The notes below the pieces were generated by a model that ran no database searches, was not told the DNA's origin, and was given only the letters and a program-made list of their open reading frames with translations. The translations under genes were made by a program, and so were the position numbers. DNA of 62,914 bases, the filler included, from Choristocarpus tenellus KU-1152 (lineage: Eukaryota; Protista; Phaeophyceae), in assembly GCA_964200185.2 (NCBI GenBank). It is 12 parts of 12 records of this genome, joined end to end, with 100 filler letters (N's around TTAATTAATTAA, not from the genome) between each part and the next. Parts side by side here need not be neighbours in the genome. Positions count along the whole stretch, not along the records: positions 1 to 3,156 come from CAXNAD020021898.1; positions 3,257 to 6,613 come from CAXNAD020020569.1; positions 6,714 to 16,485 come from CAXNAD020003405.1; 9 more parts are not named here. One strand, written 5' to 3'. Position 1 is the first letter of the stretch. The number at the start of each line of letters is the position of its first letter. Below are positions 1-13,500 of the stretch, piece by piece.

Positions 1-1790
1 GGTGGGGGGGTGGGGGGGAGGGGGGGAGTTGGTACCAAGCACATATGAATGGGTGTGACCAGTGGGGCAAAGGGGGAGGGTGGGGTAGGAACACTGTAGT
101 TTTTTTAGTGCCAGGTGTATGTAGTAGCCTAGCATACTGCGTACTGTTTTTTTTTAAAGATTGGTGCACAGGTAGGAGTTGAAGTGGAGATGATTTGCCT
201 GCTGAGTAGTCACCTCGTAGTTGAGAATCGCGGTCACGTGGTGGTCAGCAGTTTGGCCACTAGCTCTAGAGCTCTTAACTACTAGCTCTAGAGCTTTGTG
301 TATGGTGGGAGTTTGAGGACTCTCTCCCATCCAGTGTAAGTTGTGTTCCCTGCTGTAATCCCCCTCCTTCCGCCCCTACCCCTTCTTGCATCCCTATTGC
401 CAATGCCCCAGGTCATTAGGACTCCTGTGTCGCAAGCCCTGCCTGACCTTACGTGGGAGCTGGGGTTTCAGAACAGGGGGGGTGGATCTCTTAAGGGCGT
501 TGAGGTGCCTTGGGAAGGATCTAGAAGGTTTGTCATGACGAAAAACAAGTATAGATTTGATTTCTTTTATTATTATGCCCCTTTTTTGTTGTGGGGTTGG
601 GTACTACTAATGTGTCTGGGGGAGGTACTGGCAAGGTGAGCTGTGCCTGTTGGTGTTGTAGAGAATTTTGTTGTGTTTGTAGTGTGCTTTTACCAATAAA
701 AATGTATATGGTGCTGAGGTAACCACCATATATACCCACATTATTCTGCCTTCCTAGCCCTTAAGGCAAAAGGGGTTGGAAGGGGTTGACCCAATGAAGG
801 GACGTAAGTAGTTTCCCCCATCCATAAATATATCAATTATGAAATTATGTCTAGATGAGACTTGAACTTGACTCATCGTAGGTAAGATGAAGAGATGAGT
901 TCTGTGTGGAAGGGGTTCCATTTTTGGAGTTCAGGTTGACTTAAAAATGACGATGTAAGCAAACTCAGTCTGGATTTGGGCAATGAGAGACCGACCCTGC
1001 CGTCAAACAAAAAGGATGAAAGGGAATAGAACAAGTACAGAAGATGGTGTAATCAGCTCATCACTTTTTTTGGTAGGTTTTGAAATGAATGAATCTGCTC
1101 CATGTCGCCACTACTTTTTTTACTTTTCAATTTTGGGAGAAGTGCGCTTACGCCATCCCTGACGTGTTTGGAAAGGTCGTCTACTGAGAGAGGGGAAGTG
1201 CTCCATGGCCTGTCAACAGCAGCACCGTGGTGTTGCAATGTTCTTTTTAAAAAATGTAAAAATGTCCAGAATTTTCTCTTTCCATCCAAGGGCATGTGTC
1301 CTCTGGTTGAAGTTGGTTCAGTAAGCACAGCAGCACGACTTGCGACAAAAAACAAAAAATTCTTCAAAAAAAAAAAACAAGTCCCGACAGACAGACCAAG
1401 ACAGATTTCGTTTTTCTTGACACTTGGGTGGCGTTGCGATTTATTATTATTTTTAATTAATGACATTTCGCATCGCTTTAGAACCTTTAAAAATATTATT
1501 ATTGTTTGTGATCGTGTGGTTGTTCCCTTGTAGTCATATTGAACGGTGTCTTATCTGAGTAGGCATTGCCATACAATAAAAAAAATTCTGGTTGATGGTA
1601 CGTGTGTGGAAGTGCTTTTACCGTTCTGAGGTATAAGGGCGTAGTGTCATACCACTGTGCTGAGTCCCAATTTCCGAGTTGGTTAGTCGACAGCCTGCCT
1701 GCCTGCTTGCCTGCCTGCCTGCCTGCTGGGCTGGCTATATTCATGCTTCTGTTTGAAAATGTGGGCTGATCCAACTGTTTGTTGTTAGAA

Positions 1791-1792
1791 GA

Positions 1793-1830
<38 letters not shown>
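1791..1830. repeat. (GA)n microsatellite; a (CCTG)n tract lies at about 1694-1725
   Basis: Read directly from the sequence. Confidence 0.95.
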
Positions 1831-1834
<4 letters not shown>

Positions 1835-3156
1835 CTGTTTTTATTACGAGATGTGCACTTGCTGGTATTGGAGCTGGTTGTCATTTTATTTTTATTTTTT
1901 TGGCTTTCCGTGCAGTGCGTTTTCTGTTGTTTTTATTTTTTTCATTTTATAGTGTTAATTGTGTTAGGTTTTTAACACAAACGAATTGAATATATGTACA
2001 TTTGTGTGTGTGTGTGTACTTGAATTGATTGTCATCGAACGATTGTATTTATTTTTTTAACATTTTTTTCTTTTTTTGTTTGCGTGGTGTGTCCAGAAGG
2101 AGGATGGTGGAGAGTCCGGATCTCATCATACAGGGATCCAGTAGAGCACAGGTGAGATATGCTCTGTAGGTACACTAGAATGGTATGAAGAGAGAGGTAG
2201 AGACTCGTGCGTCTATAGTAAAGTTTGTTCATGCGTTTGCAGTAGAACCGTGCGTCTAGAAACGGTGAGCGAATTATGTGAACCGTGCTCTGCTCCCACG
2301 AAGAGAGATTGATATATATATATATATTTGGGGGGGTGGTAGAAACAAAAGATCTGCTTTACTCTTAGAAAAACTCTACTGCTTCTAGTACTACGTCAGT
2401 ACCATGTAGTATGATATTAAAATATGGGCTTTGCTAATTTATTTTTTTTGTACTGATGCCATGCTCCTCATTCTCAGTCCTTTTTTTTGCTCTTCTTCCT
2501 ACTCCATCCCCATCCCCTCTCTCTTATGTTACTGATAGAGATCACTTCCTTCCTTGACAAAAATAAATCAAGTTCTTTTTAATTCAGGTGATTTTTTTTT
2601 TTCTATCTCGTTACCCTGTAGATTTTGAAACAGAAGGAGAGTTAATCTCATTTTGAGAAGACATATCCTTTCATGTAGCAAGTGCTAAGGCATATTGCTC
2701 GCTCTTACTCTCTTCAGTTGAGAGGTATGTTCTTATTATTGTAAGAATTTTACCTGTCCTCCGAATGGTGGAAGAGTTTTTTTCCAATCTTTTAAAATTG
2801 TTTTCCCCATTCTCTTGTTTATTTGTGATGAGTCAAAACACCAGAGAGGTCCTTCCCGCTATTGTTTTTCTTAAGCATATAATTAGGGCTTCAAAATGCT
2901 AAAGGGCCACCAACCTGTTTCAATAAACCTGAATCTGATGCACAATATGGGTTAGGACTGCCCAAATGCACACGTTTCTGAAAGGTGATCTGATAGACCT
3001 TTGTATTGTTTGAACCAGAAGATGTTAGAATGACTCTGACATGGTGAAAGTACTGTTAACACAGGTCCACTTTATGAAGTGATCATGCTGTAATGCAAGA
3101 AAGTCTGTGTATGAATAAGATTATTGGGGGGGTATAGTATTCCCCCCCCTCAACAC

Positions 3157-3256
3157 NNNNNNNNNNNNNNNNNNNNNNNNNNNNNNNNNNNNNNNNNNNN
3201 TTAATTAATTAANNNNNNNNNNNNNNNNNNNNNNNNNNNNNNNNNNNNNNNNNNNN
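3157..3256. other. Artificial contig-joining spacer, first of 11 (others at 6614-6713, 16486-16585, 23874-23973, 28153-28252, 31955-32054, 40330-40429, 43563-43662, 47768-47867, 53721-53820, 59582-59681)
   Basis: Each spacer is 44 N + TTAATTAATTAA (stops in all six frames) + 44 N = 100 bp, identical every time. Confidence 0.98.
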
Positions 3257-4503
3257 ATCCTCAATGAAAAGCTCCATCCTCAATTTTTGGAATCGGCTGT
3301 TAACTCCCATCGTTTCTTCCATGTGTGCCCCCCTTCTCTGGTCTAGCAGCAATAGAAAAACCATCGACCCCTCCATGTCAACTTACCTCTCCCATCAGTC
3401 ACAATGTGCTCCAGTCTCCAAGTATGTTTTTATACGTCCCCTTGCTACTGTATTTTGGCTAATTCAGGTGAGAGCAACACTATGTCCTTTTGTCCCCTGA
3501 CAATTAGGGTTTCTGTTGGATCAAGGTGACAAACACAGGTTAGTCTAATTGCGAGAATATTATTACTGTATTAAATATTAGTAGTAATAAATGTGTTACG
3601 CTACCTCAACCTTGGTACTACAAGTGGTACTGCATATGGCACACCAACTACTTGTACTTATATATTTGACAACAGCATTGCTGTGGCAGGTACTGCATAC
3701 TCTGTTACTTCTTGACATGTACAGTATATGCACTGGCTGGCACCCAGCACAATCACCAATACCCCTTTCTTGCTCTTGATGCAAAGTGAGCAATTATGGA
3801 GCTCGAAGGTCTGTTGTTTCCACCAAGACTGTAAGGATTCACCCCATTGCAAGTGTGGGTGCCAACCGTGTGCCTTGGGAGGTGTCTGCTGTCTTTCGAA
3901 GGCCCTGTGAATGTGGTTGTTTTGTGAAGTGATGGTGGCCATGTTGGTGGAACTATCCCTTACTAGTCATGCTTAAGGCCAGCGATACTCACACCCTGCT
4001 TTCATATACTCTCAGCAAAATCTGCAGTTCAAGGTACCAGACAAACTATTTGTGAAGCAGTTAGTACCACTGAAACACCACCATCTTATTACTTTGGTAC
4101 ATTTTCTTGCCTATGTGGATAGTCACATGGAGTTTGGGATCCTGTGGCAAGTGTTGAAAATGCTGACGTTCTCATTTTTAATTGTAAGTATATATTGGTA
4201 ATACAGTTGTTGTGACACACATGTATGGAGTACTTTTGATTTGAAGCACAACAAGCATCTTGATGCCCACGGTATCATTCATTCTTGGCAAAGGAAATAA
4301 CTCTGTGAGATATGGATGAGTCTGAACAAAGAAGAAAATCTATGCATGTTCACGAAAAGTCTCCTCTCTTCCAGGAACAAAACACCTCCCAACAATGTCA
4401 CAGCATACTCTGTTACAGTACAAGCGAACACCACACCAACCTTTTTTGGGGGTGTCTGTGAGCACTCATTGTCTTCAAATAATAGTAGAACTAGGTACCT
4501 CAC

Positions 4504-6449
4504 CTGAACCTCCAAGCGAAGGGCTTCAACAAGCTTGTCGTCAGTATCTGTCTTGAACAGCAAGATCTTGATCTTCTCCCGAAGACGGCTATTCTCTTTC
4601 TCCAAGCCAAGTGTTCTATTAAAAAAAGTTGGGATGTATTACATAGGTAGGTATGGGTGGCTACGTGTAGACAAGTTTAAGCTTAGTTTGGTACTTGAAT
4701 TACCTTAGCAAATGACTGCCGAGGGATAAACCATGGTAAGAGATATAATAGGCTTGAAGCCCAACCTGTTCTAATATGGAGGACTGTTCAGAGTAAGCCA
4801 TAAACAACTACAACAGCTGATGTAGTACCCACAAAGTGGGTGTTGTGATTGTTGTGTTAAGTGTTTTCTCATGTCTTGACTGTTACAAAAGGTCAATTGC
4901 AAGTAGTTCAACTTTTTACAGCTATTGATTCTGATAGGGTTAGGGTAAGGGATAAATTAGAGCTAGGACATTGCAATAGGGTATGGGCATTTTCGAAAGC
5001 TTCCTAGCCAAATGTTGGGCTTTATAGCTTTTCTTGATAGTTAATGGGGTTAGGGTTAGGAGAGTTATAAGGGGGGTTTTTATGCCCCACTATTCATGGT
5101 GGTCTCATGGTATTCAGCAAGCAGGTACTGTGCATATAATGTTTTTACTTCTGTTCCAAAGATTTTGCACTGAAATTCAAAGTAATTTCCATTTTTTGAA
5201 AAAATGACATTGTAGTGTTGAAAATCAAAACGATTTGTAAGTATTGTATGTTTTAAAAATCAGCTCCAAACAATTTGATATACTTGATCAAATTGAAAAG
5301 TGAGCAGAGTGCACGAGGCATGGCATACAAAGCACCAAGTGTTGTGAGGTGGCCATTGGGTGATGCCAAGGGCCGTGATGAGTTCATGAGGGAGTCGCAC
5401 TGCACACATAGATTATATCTAATCAATAGATTTCTATGATCAAATCGATTTTGCCTCAATTAAGCAAACCAACTTAACTTATTTGCCACAATTGATAACA
5501 CTAACAAATACTCTTTGATATACCCATCCAACCATACATAGGTGTAGATGGTAGATAGTATTTCATACTTTGAAGTAGACAATATATGTGTCTCACAAAC
5601 GAATATTACCATACTCCACCATACCCCATTGATCAGCAAGTGCTGCTTGGAGGGGTGGAGGAACTCTGCATCCTGTACACAAAATTTTACCCCATCCTGT
5701 ATGCATGATCAGGAGTTCTTGGTCTATCTGCAAAGGAAAGGGCATACACTACATCGATATATATATATATATATAAACTTACAGCATCAAAGTTCTTGGT
5801 ACGAAAATGCTGAACATGATTTCACCTTTCACAGATATTTGTGCATTACATTATCTACACAAATATCAAGCACAAAGCATGCATAAAAGAATATGTGATA
5901 CTTCTAAGTAATGGAAGACAAGAGTTGGAATTTGCCTCCTCACACCCTAGCCTACCTTGACCACACCCTAGCCTACCTTGCCCCCTTCACTGCAAGCTGA
6001 TGCCGTAAGCTCTCAGTCTCGTCCCTGAGCTGGTTCAATTCCAACTATTCCCATCCATGCATTCAATGTAGGTAGCGTCCCAGAGCATCATGAGGCCATA
6101 CAAGATACAGGAAGTTTGATAATGAATTAATAGTAGCTTGAACTAGCACATCTCAGCAGGGCTAGGACAACATCCACCTCGAATTTGTGTGCATGTGTTG
6201 AGCATGGACTAGTGAGAGTTGTACCTTTCAGTAGTGGAGTCAATGAGTTACCCAAAAGTCAAAGTATCAATGACTTATGAATAATATGAAACATCCTTGA
6301 GGGTCAAGCGTCAGATCTCTTAAGCTCACAGTGAGTTGTTCCACTGCAAGTAAGCGCTGCCGTTCCATGTACTGTAGCTCCTCCTTAGCCTTTACATCCA
6401 CATCTTTGGGATCAACCGCTCTGGGGCAACGTCCGCTGGTAGCCTGGCC
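4504..6449 (-). CDS. Partial CCDC13-like coiled-coil protein; exons 6449-6330, 6044-5977, 4615-4504
   Basis: Three AG/GT-bounded exons with compatible phases (0,2,0) splice to ...DVDVKAKEELQYMERQRLLAVEQLT|LELNQLRDETESLRHQLAVKGAR|TLGLEKENSRLREKIKILLFKTDTDDKLVEALRLEVQ. This matches, from memory, the CCDC13 segment containing ...LVEKGRHDDELIDAL. The 5' part is lost at the contig end. Confidence 0.72.
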
Positions 6450-6787
6450 CTGAAAGAGGTTTGGCAATGTGGGGTGTTGTGTACATGGTTGTTGTGCATG
6501 CGGCATTTTTTTTGTTGTTGTATGTTGTACTTAATGTTGTGCCGTACCCCTGTTAGCCTCCCTCAGAGTTATGGCTTGCATGCACACTCATCACAGGTCA
6601 AAACAAGATTGAGNNNNNNNNNNNNNNNNNNNNNNNNNNNNNNNNNNNNNNNNNNNNTTAATTAATTAANNNNNNNNNNNNNNNNNNNNNNNNNNNNNNN
6701 NNNNNNNNNNNNNTCGGGGATGGTGGCGTGGGGTGGTGCGTCCACGGGTGGTGGGGGGGGTGGGGGGGCGGGGCGGGATTGGGTTTG

Positions 6788-6936
6788 TCCACACCAGGGT
6801 ATCCATTTGGGTCAAAATCAGGAAAAGCGCATTTACATTATCCATCTAACGTATGCAACCAAGCCACCCAAAGTTCATGACATGAAAAAATTGACCCCAA
6901 ATGCACAGTCGCCACCCCCCCCAGATACTTTGAGCA
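6788..6936. mobile_element. MITE family A, partial (left end lost near gap)
   Basis: Family A interior (acaccagggtatccatttggg...cccaaatgcacag) and right TIR ccagatactttgagca. Confidence 0.85.
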
Positions 6937-7543
6937 AGCGACCTATATATCCTTTAGAAAAGCCTATCCAACAAGGGTGTATTGGAAGGAGAATATATAG
7001 TCAAAGTGCAATACTATTTTTCATAAACTTTGATTTAACAAGAGTGTCTACAGAAGGAACACTTGGATAGGTTGTGAATTGAAAGCATTATAAGTTTGAG
7101 TTAAATCAACTGGAAATATGCCGATGTACTTGATTCTAATTGAAACAAATGGGCAGTACATGAATGGAAACCCTTGAATTGCCGACCTCAGCATGCAATG
7201 CACGCAGTGCGTTTCCACACAAAAATAATAAATCCAAAATCACCCCTCAATTTTCGTTTTCGATTCATTTCCATCAATTCATAGCAATTGCTACGATTCA
7301 CAACACTGCACACTTGGTGCACATATGAGGCTGTGCTGTTTCCACACATGGCAGACCCAGCACCTTGCATCTCATTTCAAGCTGTCAAAAAAAAGTATAC
7401 TACAAAGTAACTGTTAACCCGTGCAATCAACTAGACCACATGAGCGACCTGCTACGCATCTATATGGACTGATTGGACATATGCACACATTTGGGACTCC
7501 AAAAATGCCAACAAAGACCAATACATCTATTTTCCATCTACAG

Positions 7544-10500
7544 GGTGTATTTTTTTGGAGCTGTGGAGTCATTGTGCGCGCCCTTTCTCGTGACTGGTAT
7601 GTCGTGCAGATAGAGGGACAAGCGCTTGATGCTGCGAGCGATGAGACTTCAACTTCTTCAAGGTAAAAAAAATATCAAAACTATACATATGACAAAGTGT
7701 ATATAGCAGATACTGTTGTGGTGAAAATTCAGATGCACAAGCAATGTGGGTTGTGAGTATCAGTAGCATCCCATTGTTGCTCTTTCTTGAGAATTGATGG
7801 ATGAATGCTGTCATTTGAAACAGGGTATGAAAATAGGAGAGTATGCCGTTATGGGCCTGCAAGGGCAAGGAAATAGCTTGGGGCAAAGACTTCCAGTGAA
7901 AGTTCAAGAACGTTACTATCCTGGATGCATGATCTGGCAAAGCCAATCCTGTTGGAATGGTGGGGACATGGAAGGAATACTCATAGTCTCTCCTTAGGCA
8001 CGTGCACTGCATAGACTGATATAATTTATCTTATGGCAGGTTCAATACAACTGTACATTATGATCAATCAGAAATTAGTGGCTCAGTTGAAATCAATTTG
8101 TGACATGTTGCGCCAAGCCCTTTTTTAAAGCCTCCAAAGTCGTGACCCAACCTTTGTCCTACCCACAAATATAATCTGCAATGTAAGGAAGCTCGAACCA
8201 TTACTTTGGGAATTCCTGAAGAAGGATCTTGTGGTGGCAGTCACCCCTTCATTCTACTTTCATGTGGTCCGGTGAGGGGTGAGGTTTGATGTGTCGATAT
8301 GATGCCCTCCATCATAAATGCAGATCACGGCTCAAAGTATCTGGGGGGGGTAGCGGCTGTCCATTTGGGGACATTTTTTTCATGTCGGGATTCTTGGGTG
8401 ATTTGGTTGCAAGTGTCAGATGGATAATGTAAGTGCACTTTTCCTGATTATGGTCCAAATGAACACCCTGGTGTATACCCCCCCTCACCCCACCCCCAGA
8501 TACCTTGAGGCTCATCAATGGCCCAGAGGAAAGTTCTAAAATATGTTAGCAATTGGAACCATTTAGGCCACTCAAAAGCAGCACACACCCTTCAAAGTAT
8601 GTCACATTTGTTGTATTCACTGCAATTGCTCAATGCTGTAGAACCTTAAAGCGTTTCCTGCCTGATTCAAGTAGGACATCGAATCCAGTCAAGTAGTCAT
8701 AACAGTAGTGGACAGTCAAGAGTCGAAAAGTGAACTCAATCAAACAAGTTGTGGCCCATGTCATGCTGAAAATAGAGATAGGGAAACTTCATGACTATGC
8801 AGCAAATAGGATCATTTCAATATTGCAATTTGTCCTGTAGGTTCTGCCCTTTCAACAAAGTCCTTGGCTTTGCCGGTCTCAATGTACCCCTACTCACTGA
8901 TTCCATCATATGCATTTTGCATAATACGTCATCTATTCTCTCGTAGGAACGTCTCTAGCTGGTACACCCCTCCTGAATTCACCAAATATCAAGTCTGTGG
9001 GCCAGGGAACGGAAGTGTCAATGACTGTATGCATAATGGGCACAAAGAACTTAAACCCCTTGAGGACCAAGATGAGGTAGGGGGCGAGAACAACAGGGTT
9101 GAGGTGAAAGGGGAGAAGGGCGATTCCTTGAAAGTGGAAGGGAACCATGAAGTAGGCATCGTACCCAAGGATTCAGGACAGGCGACAGGTGAAGCAGTAC
9201 AGAGGTTGGAATTGGTCCGAGGTGGAGAGGAGAACTCGCTATTGGTGGTACTACCGTTGATAGACAAAGTGGAAGGATGGGAAGGCGCAGAGGGGTGCCT
9301 GAAACAAGACATTGCCGCCAAGGTATTGACATTTGACAGATTGATTGATGGATTCAAGGAAAATCACCTACATATATATACTTCAGTCACCTGGACCGAT
9401 ACACAATCCTTGACTGAAATTCGATCGTAGATACTCCAGAGGATAATATAAGCTTACAGTAGCGGCAGCACCTACCGCCAGTTATGCTCAAATTTATCCA
9501 TTGCTGTGAAAGTAGGTAAGGTAAAGCACCATTGGAACTTCTGACAATGGAAGAAAGTGACTTATGCATAACAATAACAATTTCTGAATACCCACAATGT
9601 TAATAGTTCAGTTTGTATTGTCATTCCATCTACAACAACTGAAATTTGGCCGTTTTTCCAAAGGACCCCTATGCCCTAGTGATTTTTAACTCTCAGATTG
9701 CAGCATGTCACTCTCAAGATTTTTTTGGGTTCACATTCAAGTATCGTAGGGATCCAAATGCTCAAACTAAATTGTGGCTGATACAATCCATTCCAACTTA
9801 GTAACACGTCTTGATGCAGGAAGTCGAGTGGACTTACCCGCCTCTCTGCATGGATGAGTGGGAAGCCCTGAGGAGGGTCGCTGATGTTGTCAAGATCACT
9901 GGACGATATACCACATACCTCGACAGAGAGACTAGCTGCCTCTTCTATCACGACCAGGTTGGCCATACCTACACACAAGAAATGACATACTGAACTGATG
10001 GCAGCCCTAACCTTCCAATATTTCTCCTTTTCCCTTACATTTTTTTCTCTCACAGTCAGCTTATCTCTATGTTCATATGCAAGATTGTGTGTTTTGCTGA
10101 AGAAAACTCTACCCTTTCGAGTTTCTCCTTGAATCTTTGGTTGTCTGATTCTCGAAGATGGAATATGTCAATCCAACAGGAGAATCCCCTAATTCTTTCC
10201 TCTCAATATGGAGCGCCCTCTGACTCATGCACCTACCCTACCGTGAACCCAAGGTTATCAACAGTAACAAGAATCGTGTTACCTGTAGTAACTGGGTTTT
10301 GGGGGTAGGAAACATGACAAGAAATGAGCCAAAAGTAGTTGAGAGGAAAGCAAGTTTGAGTCCTTTTGCAGTCTATGCCATCCCTGTTACCCTCTGCAAT
10401 ACACCCTATTCCATTGGTATGTGTTTACAATAGGACACTCAACATGATAATCTCCCTTTCAAAACGCAAAGTAGCACCACAATTCTGTAAAAGCTTTCTC

Positions 10501-13500
10501 TGCAATTGTATAAAATGGCCTATTTTTGCCATTTCTCAGGGTCCTTAAAATGTGTCCTTACCTACCTCTCAATTACTTTAGTTTCAAAGAACAATAATGA
10601 AATTTGTACTGCTACGTAGAGGAGGAATAGTCAATATGTCAATTTATCCCTTCAAGATGGCTCAAAGTATCTGGGGGTGGGGGGTCTACACCAGGGTGTC
10701 CATTCGGGCCCTGACTGGGAGGAGTGAACTTACATTATCCATCCAACGAATGCTACCAAATCGCCCAAAAATGGTGACATGGAAAAATGGGCCCCAAATG
10801 GACAGCCGCCACCCCCTCAAGATACTTTGAGCCAGACAAACTCTTGTACCTTTTCTTCCTTTCCAATCTTATTTGCTACTGCTATCTAGTCATCACTGTT
10901 TCCAACCTTTCTTCACTGTTTTTACTGATCAGTCGGCTACCAATTCGAAGCTTTGTTGACATCGTTCCCTCAGCCTCCACTGAACATCAGCTCACAATAT
11001 CAGGTTCTCGAAAACTACGAGGCATCTACGAGGCGGATACAACGGACATGGCGTTTCAAAAAGCGCTACCAAAACTACGAACGGAGGGCATGGGACACGG
11101 GCTCTCCCTCACCCCTAGTCCGACCTCGCACATCTGCCTTCTCTTTCGTCCCGTGGGAAGGCCTGAAGATGCTGAAAGAGTTATCTACAACGTGGGCTTA
11201 CATACGGAGGAGGGGGAAAGTGATCCGAGAGGTGATAAGTGTTCAGAAGCACAACTGGACAAGCCTCGGCAATCCCATGGCTAGCAAGAACTGAAGAGTT
11301 TGGTGATGTTGAAGATATCCCTCTTCACTATCATCTACTGCGCTTTACTCAGCAGAAGACCACATAATTTGTACCACTTTCATTCTGTCATCCTTAATAA
11401 ATGGTTGAATCGGAATACACTATCAGATTATGGAAGAATGCTGTAATATTGTATATATATCAATATATATATCCATAGACCGACATATTTACTTGCCATC
11501 ACCTTGTCTACATCCTCCTCCAGGTGGAAGACCGTGACGGTGACACTTGGCATGAGTATCAGGACCGAGACACAGGTTTGAATTTCTATTTCTGCTCTCA
11601 GCTGGACAAGTCGCGCTTTCTCATCCCAGAGCTCCCCCTTCCAGCTTCCGAAAGACAGGGCATCAAGAACAATCTCCAGATAGAAGATAGAGTGGCTTAC
11701 AAGTTTAGGGGAGATTCATTCCCTAAGATGGCAGTGGTGACCAAGGTAAGACTCTTGGCAGGGCGTGATATCATCCTTCAATACATTGACCTTGCGACTT
11801 TAGTCTCAGACTTTCCAAACCTTGTAACATGATACTGCACTTTCCCTCTCTGCATCCCTCAGTCTCCCACCCTCATTTCCATCAAATGCGGTAAGGAGAA
11901 GTGTCAGTCTTCATCACCCAGAGCACTTACAGTTGTGCTTGAATGTAGGTAGTGATAATCTTGGAGGTGTGCGAGGGGCATGGAATGATAGGTAGTATCA
12001 ATTTCATTGGAGTACATTTAGGAGGTAGAAGATATTACAAGGTGAATGCATGCTATTCACTTCCTGTAAACATTGAGTTTTGTATCATGTACCCCACCCC
12101 TCAATCTTGTTTCAATAGATCCTGCTATTGATCTTATCTTGACAATATCAAGTCTTGTAAACTACTTTGAAGTGATTTTGACTATAGTATGCCAAGTCAT
12201 GAGGTTTCTGCACTGTGACGTGATAGGTGTGCGATGGAGGCATACACACACCCCTAAACCAATGGCATAGATTATATACAACGACCACATGGCATGGAAG
12301 ACGGAGAATCACTAACACTGCAGGGCGACTATTGTACAGCACTTAACACACACACGCGCACACATACAGTACTGCCAAAATGTCCTCTTTCTGTCCACAT
12401 TTTTTCATGTTGACACTAATACCAATTATTCATAATTATCAAGGTAAGAGAGGAGAAGGAAGAGAACGATTATGGTCGTACCACTACCAACATTTATTAC
12501 GACCTTGTTGAAGAACTTGCTCCGCAGCCGAAAGAAGAGACAAAGGGCAAGGTAGTAAGCATGGCAGCTAGGGAAGCTAAGTGGGTGAAGAGGTTTGAGC
12601 TCCAGAGGGCACCCAAGACAGCAGAGGAGATCGCCCTTGCTGAGAATGAGGTGGGAAGGATATCTGGAACGACTTGAAATTGGAGTGTATTTTTCATATT
12701 GACAGATCGTGTGCTTGGTGTGAGCACAGAGATATGATGTATATTTCTACTTGTTAATTCCCTTCAGCTTGTGGTTACATTCACTCATCATCCAAAAGAG
12801 GCAGGATCGAAATTTTGTCTCGCAAGAAAGTGAAACAAGTACATCCTCTATGAATTGTCGAAGCACAAACACCACCCAATGACTAGGACCATCCTGGGAA
12901 AATAGTTCATTTCTCAAGACGAAATTCGTCGACGCCAAGAGTCCAGCTTCGACCTTATTCGTGATCCATGGCTCAGGTGATTTGGAAAAGGGAACTGCAT
13001 GTGGCTAAGGCTCGCCGAAAGCGAGAACTCAAGAGAAAAGCAGAGCTAGAATACCATGCAGAACGTTTACAGAAGAGGTGAACGGTTAAGCCACACATTT
13101 TACACTGTACTACAAAGTAAAACACACTAATTTTACATGAAAGGTATGGATTTAGTGGTGAGAAGGGCAAGTGTGAAGAGGAGTCCAAAGTGGATGTGTG
13201 ACATCTCCAGCATGAACGAAGATCAACCGAGTGAAACAAAACGGGACCTTGGATCTCAACTCAACCCGAGCACATCCTCTTCTCCCATCAACCGTAATCA
13301 GGGGCCCGGTTGGGGCTGTAGTCCGGAGACGTGAAAGAGGGAGACCAGACGCTCTGACGAAGGAAAAGAGAAAGAAGAGAGCGGAAGAAGAGAAGACATT
13401 GAGGGATGAAGAGTCCCACTTGGCCCTTTTGGAGGAGCAAAGGGTATGTGTTGGTGGGTGTTGGTGGTTTTCTCATGTCTGGGCTCAGTGATGAAATCTA

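Noticed and set aside
3201-3212. Recurrent TTAATTAATTAA palindrome as a biological site
   Set aside because: It is always centred in identical N runs, so it is an artificial six-frame stop linker.
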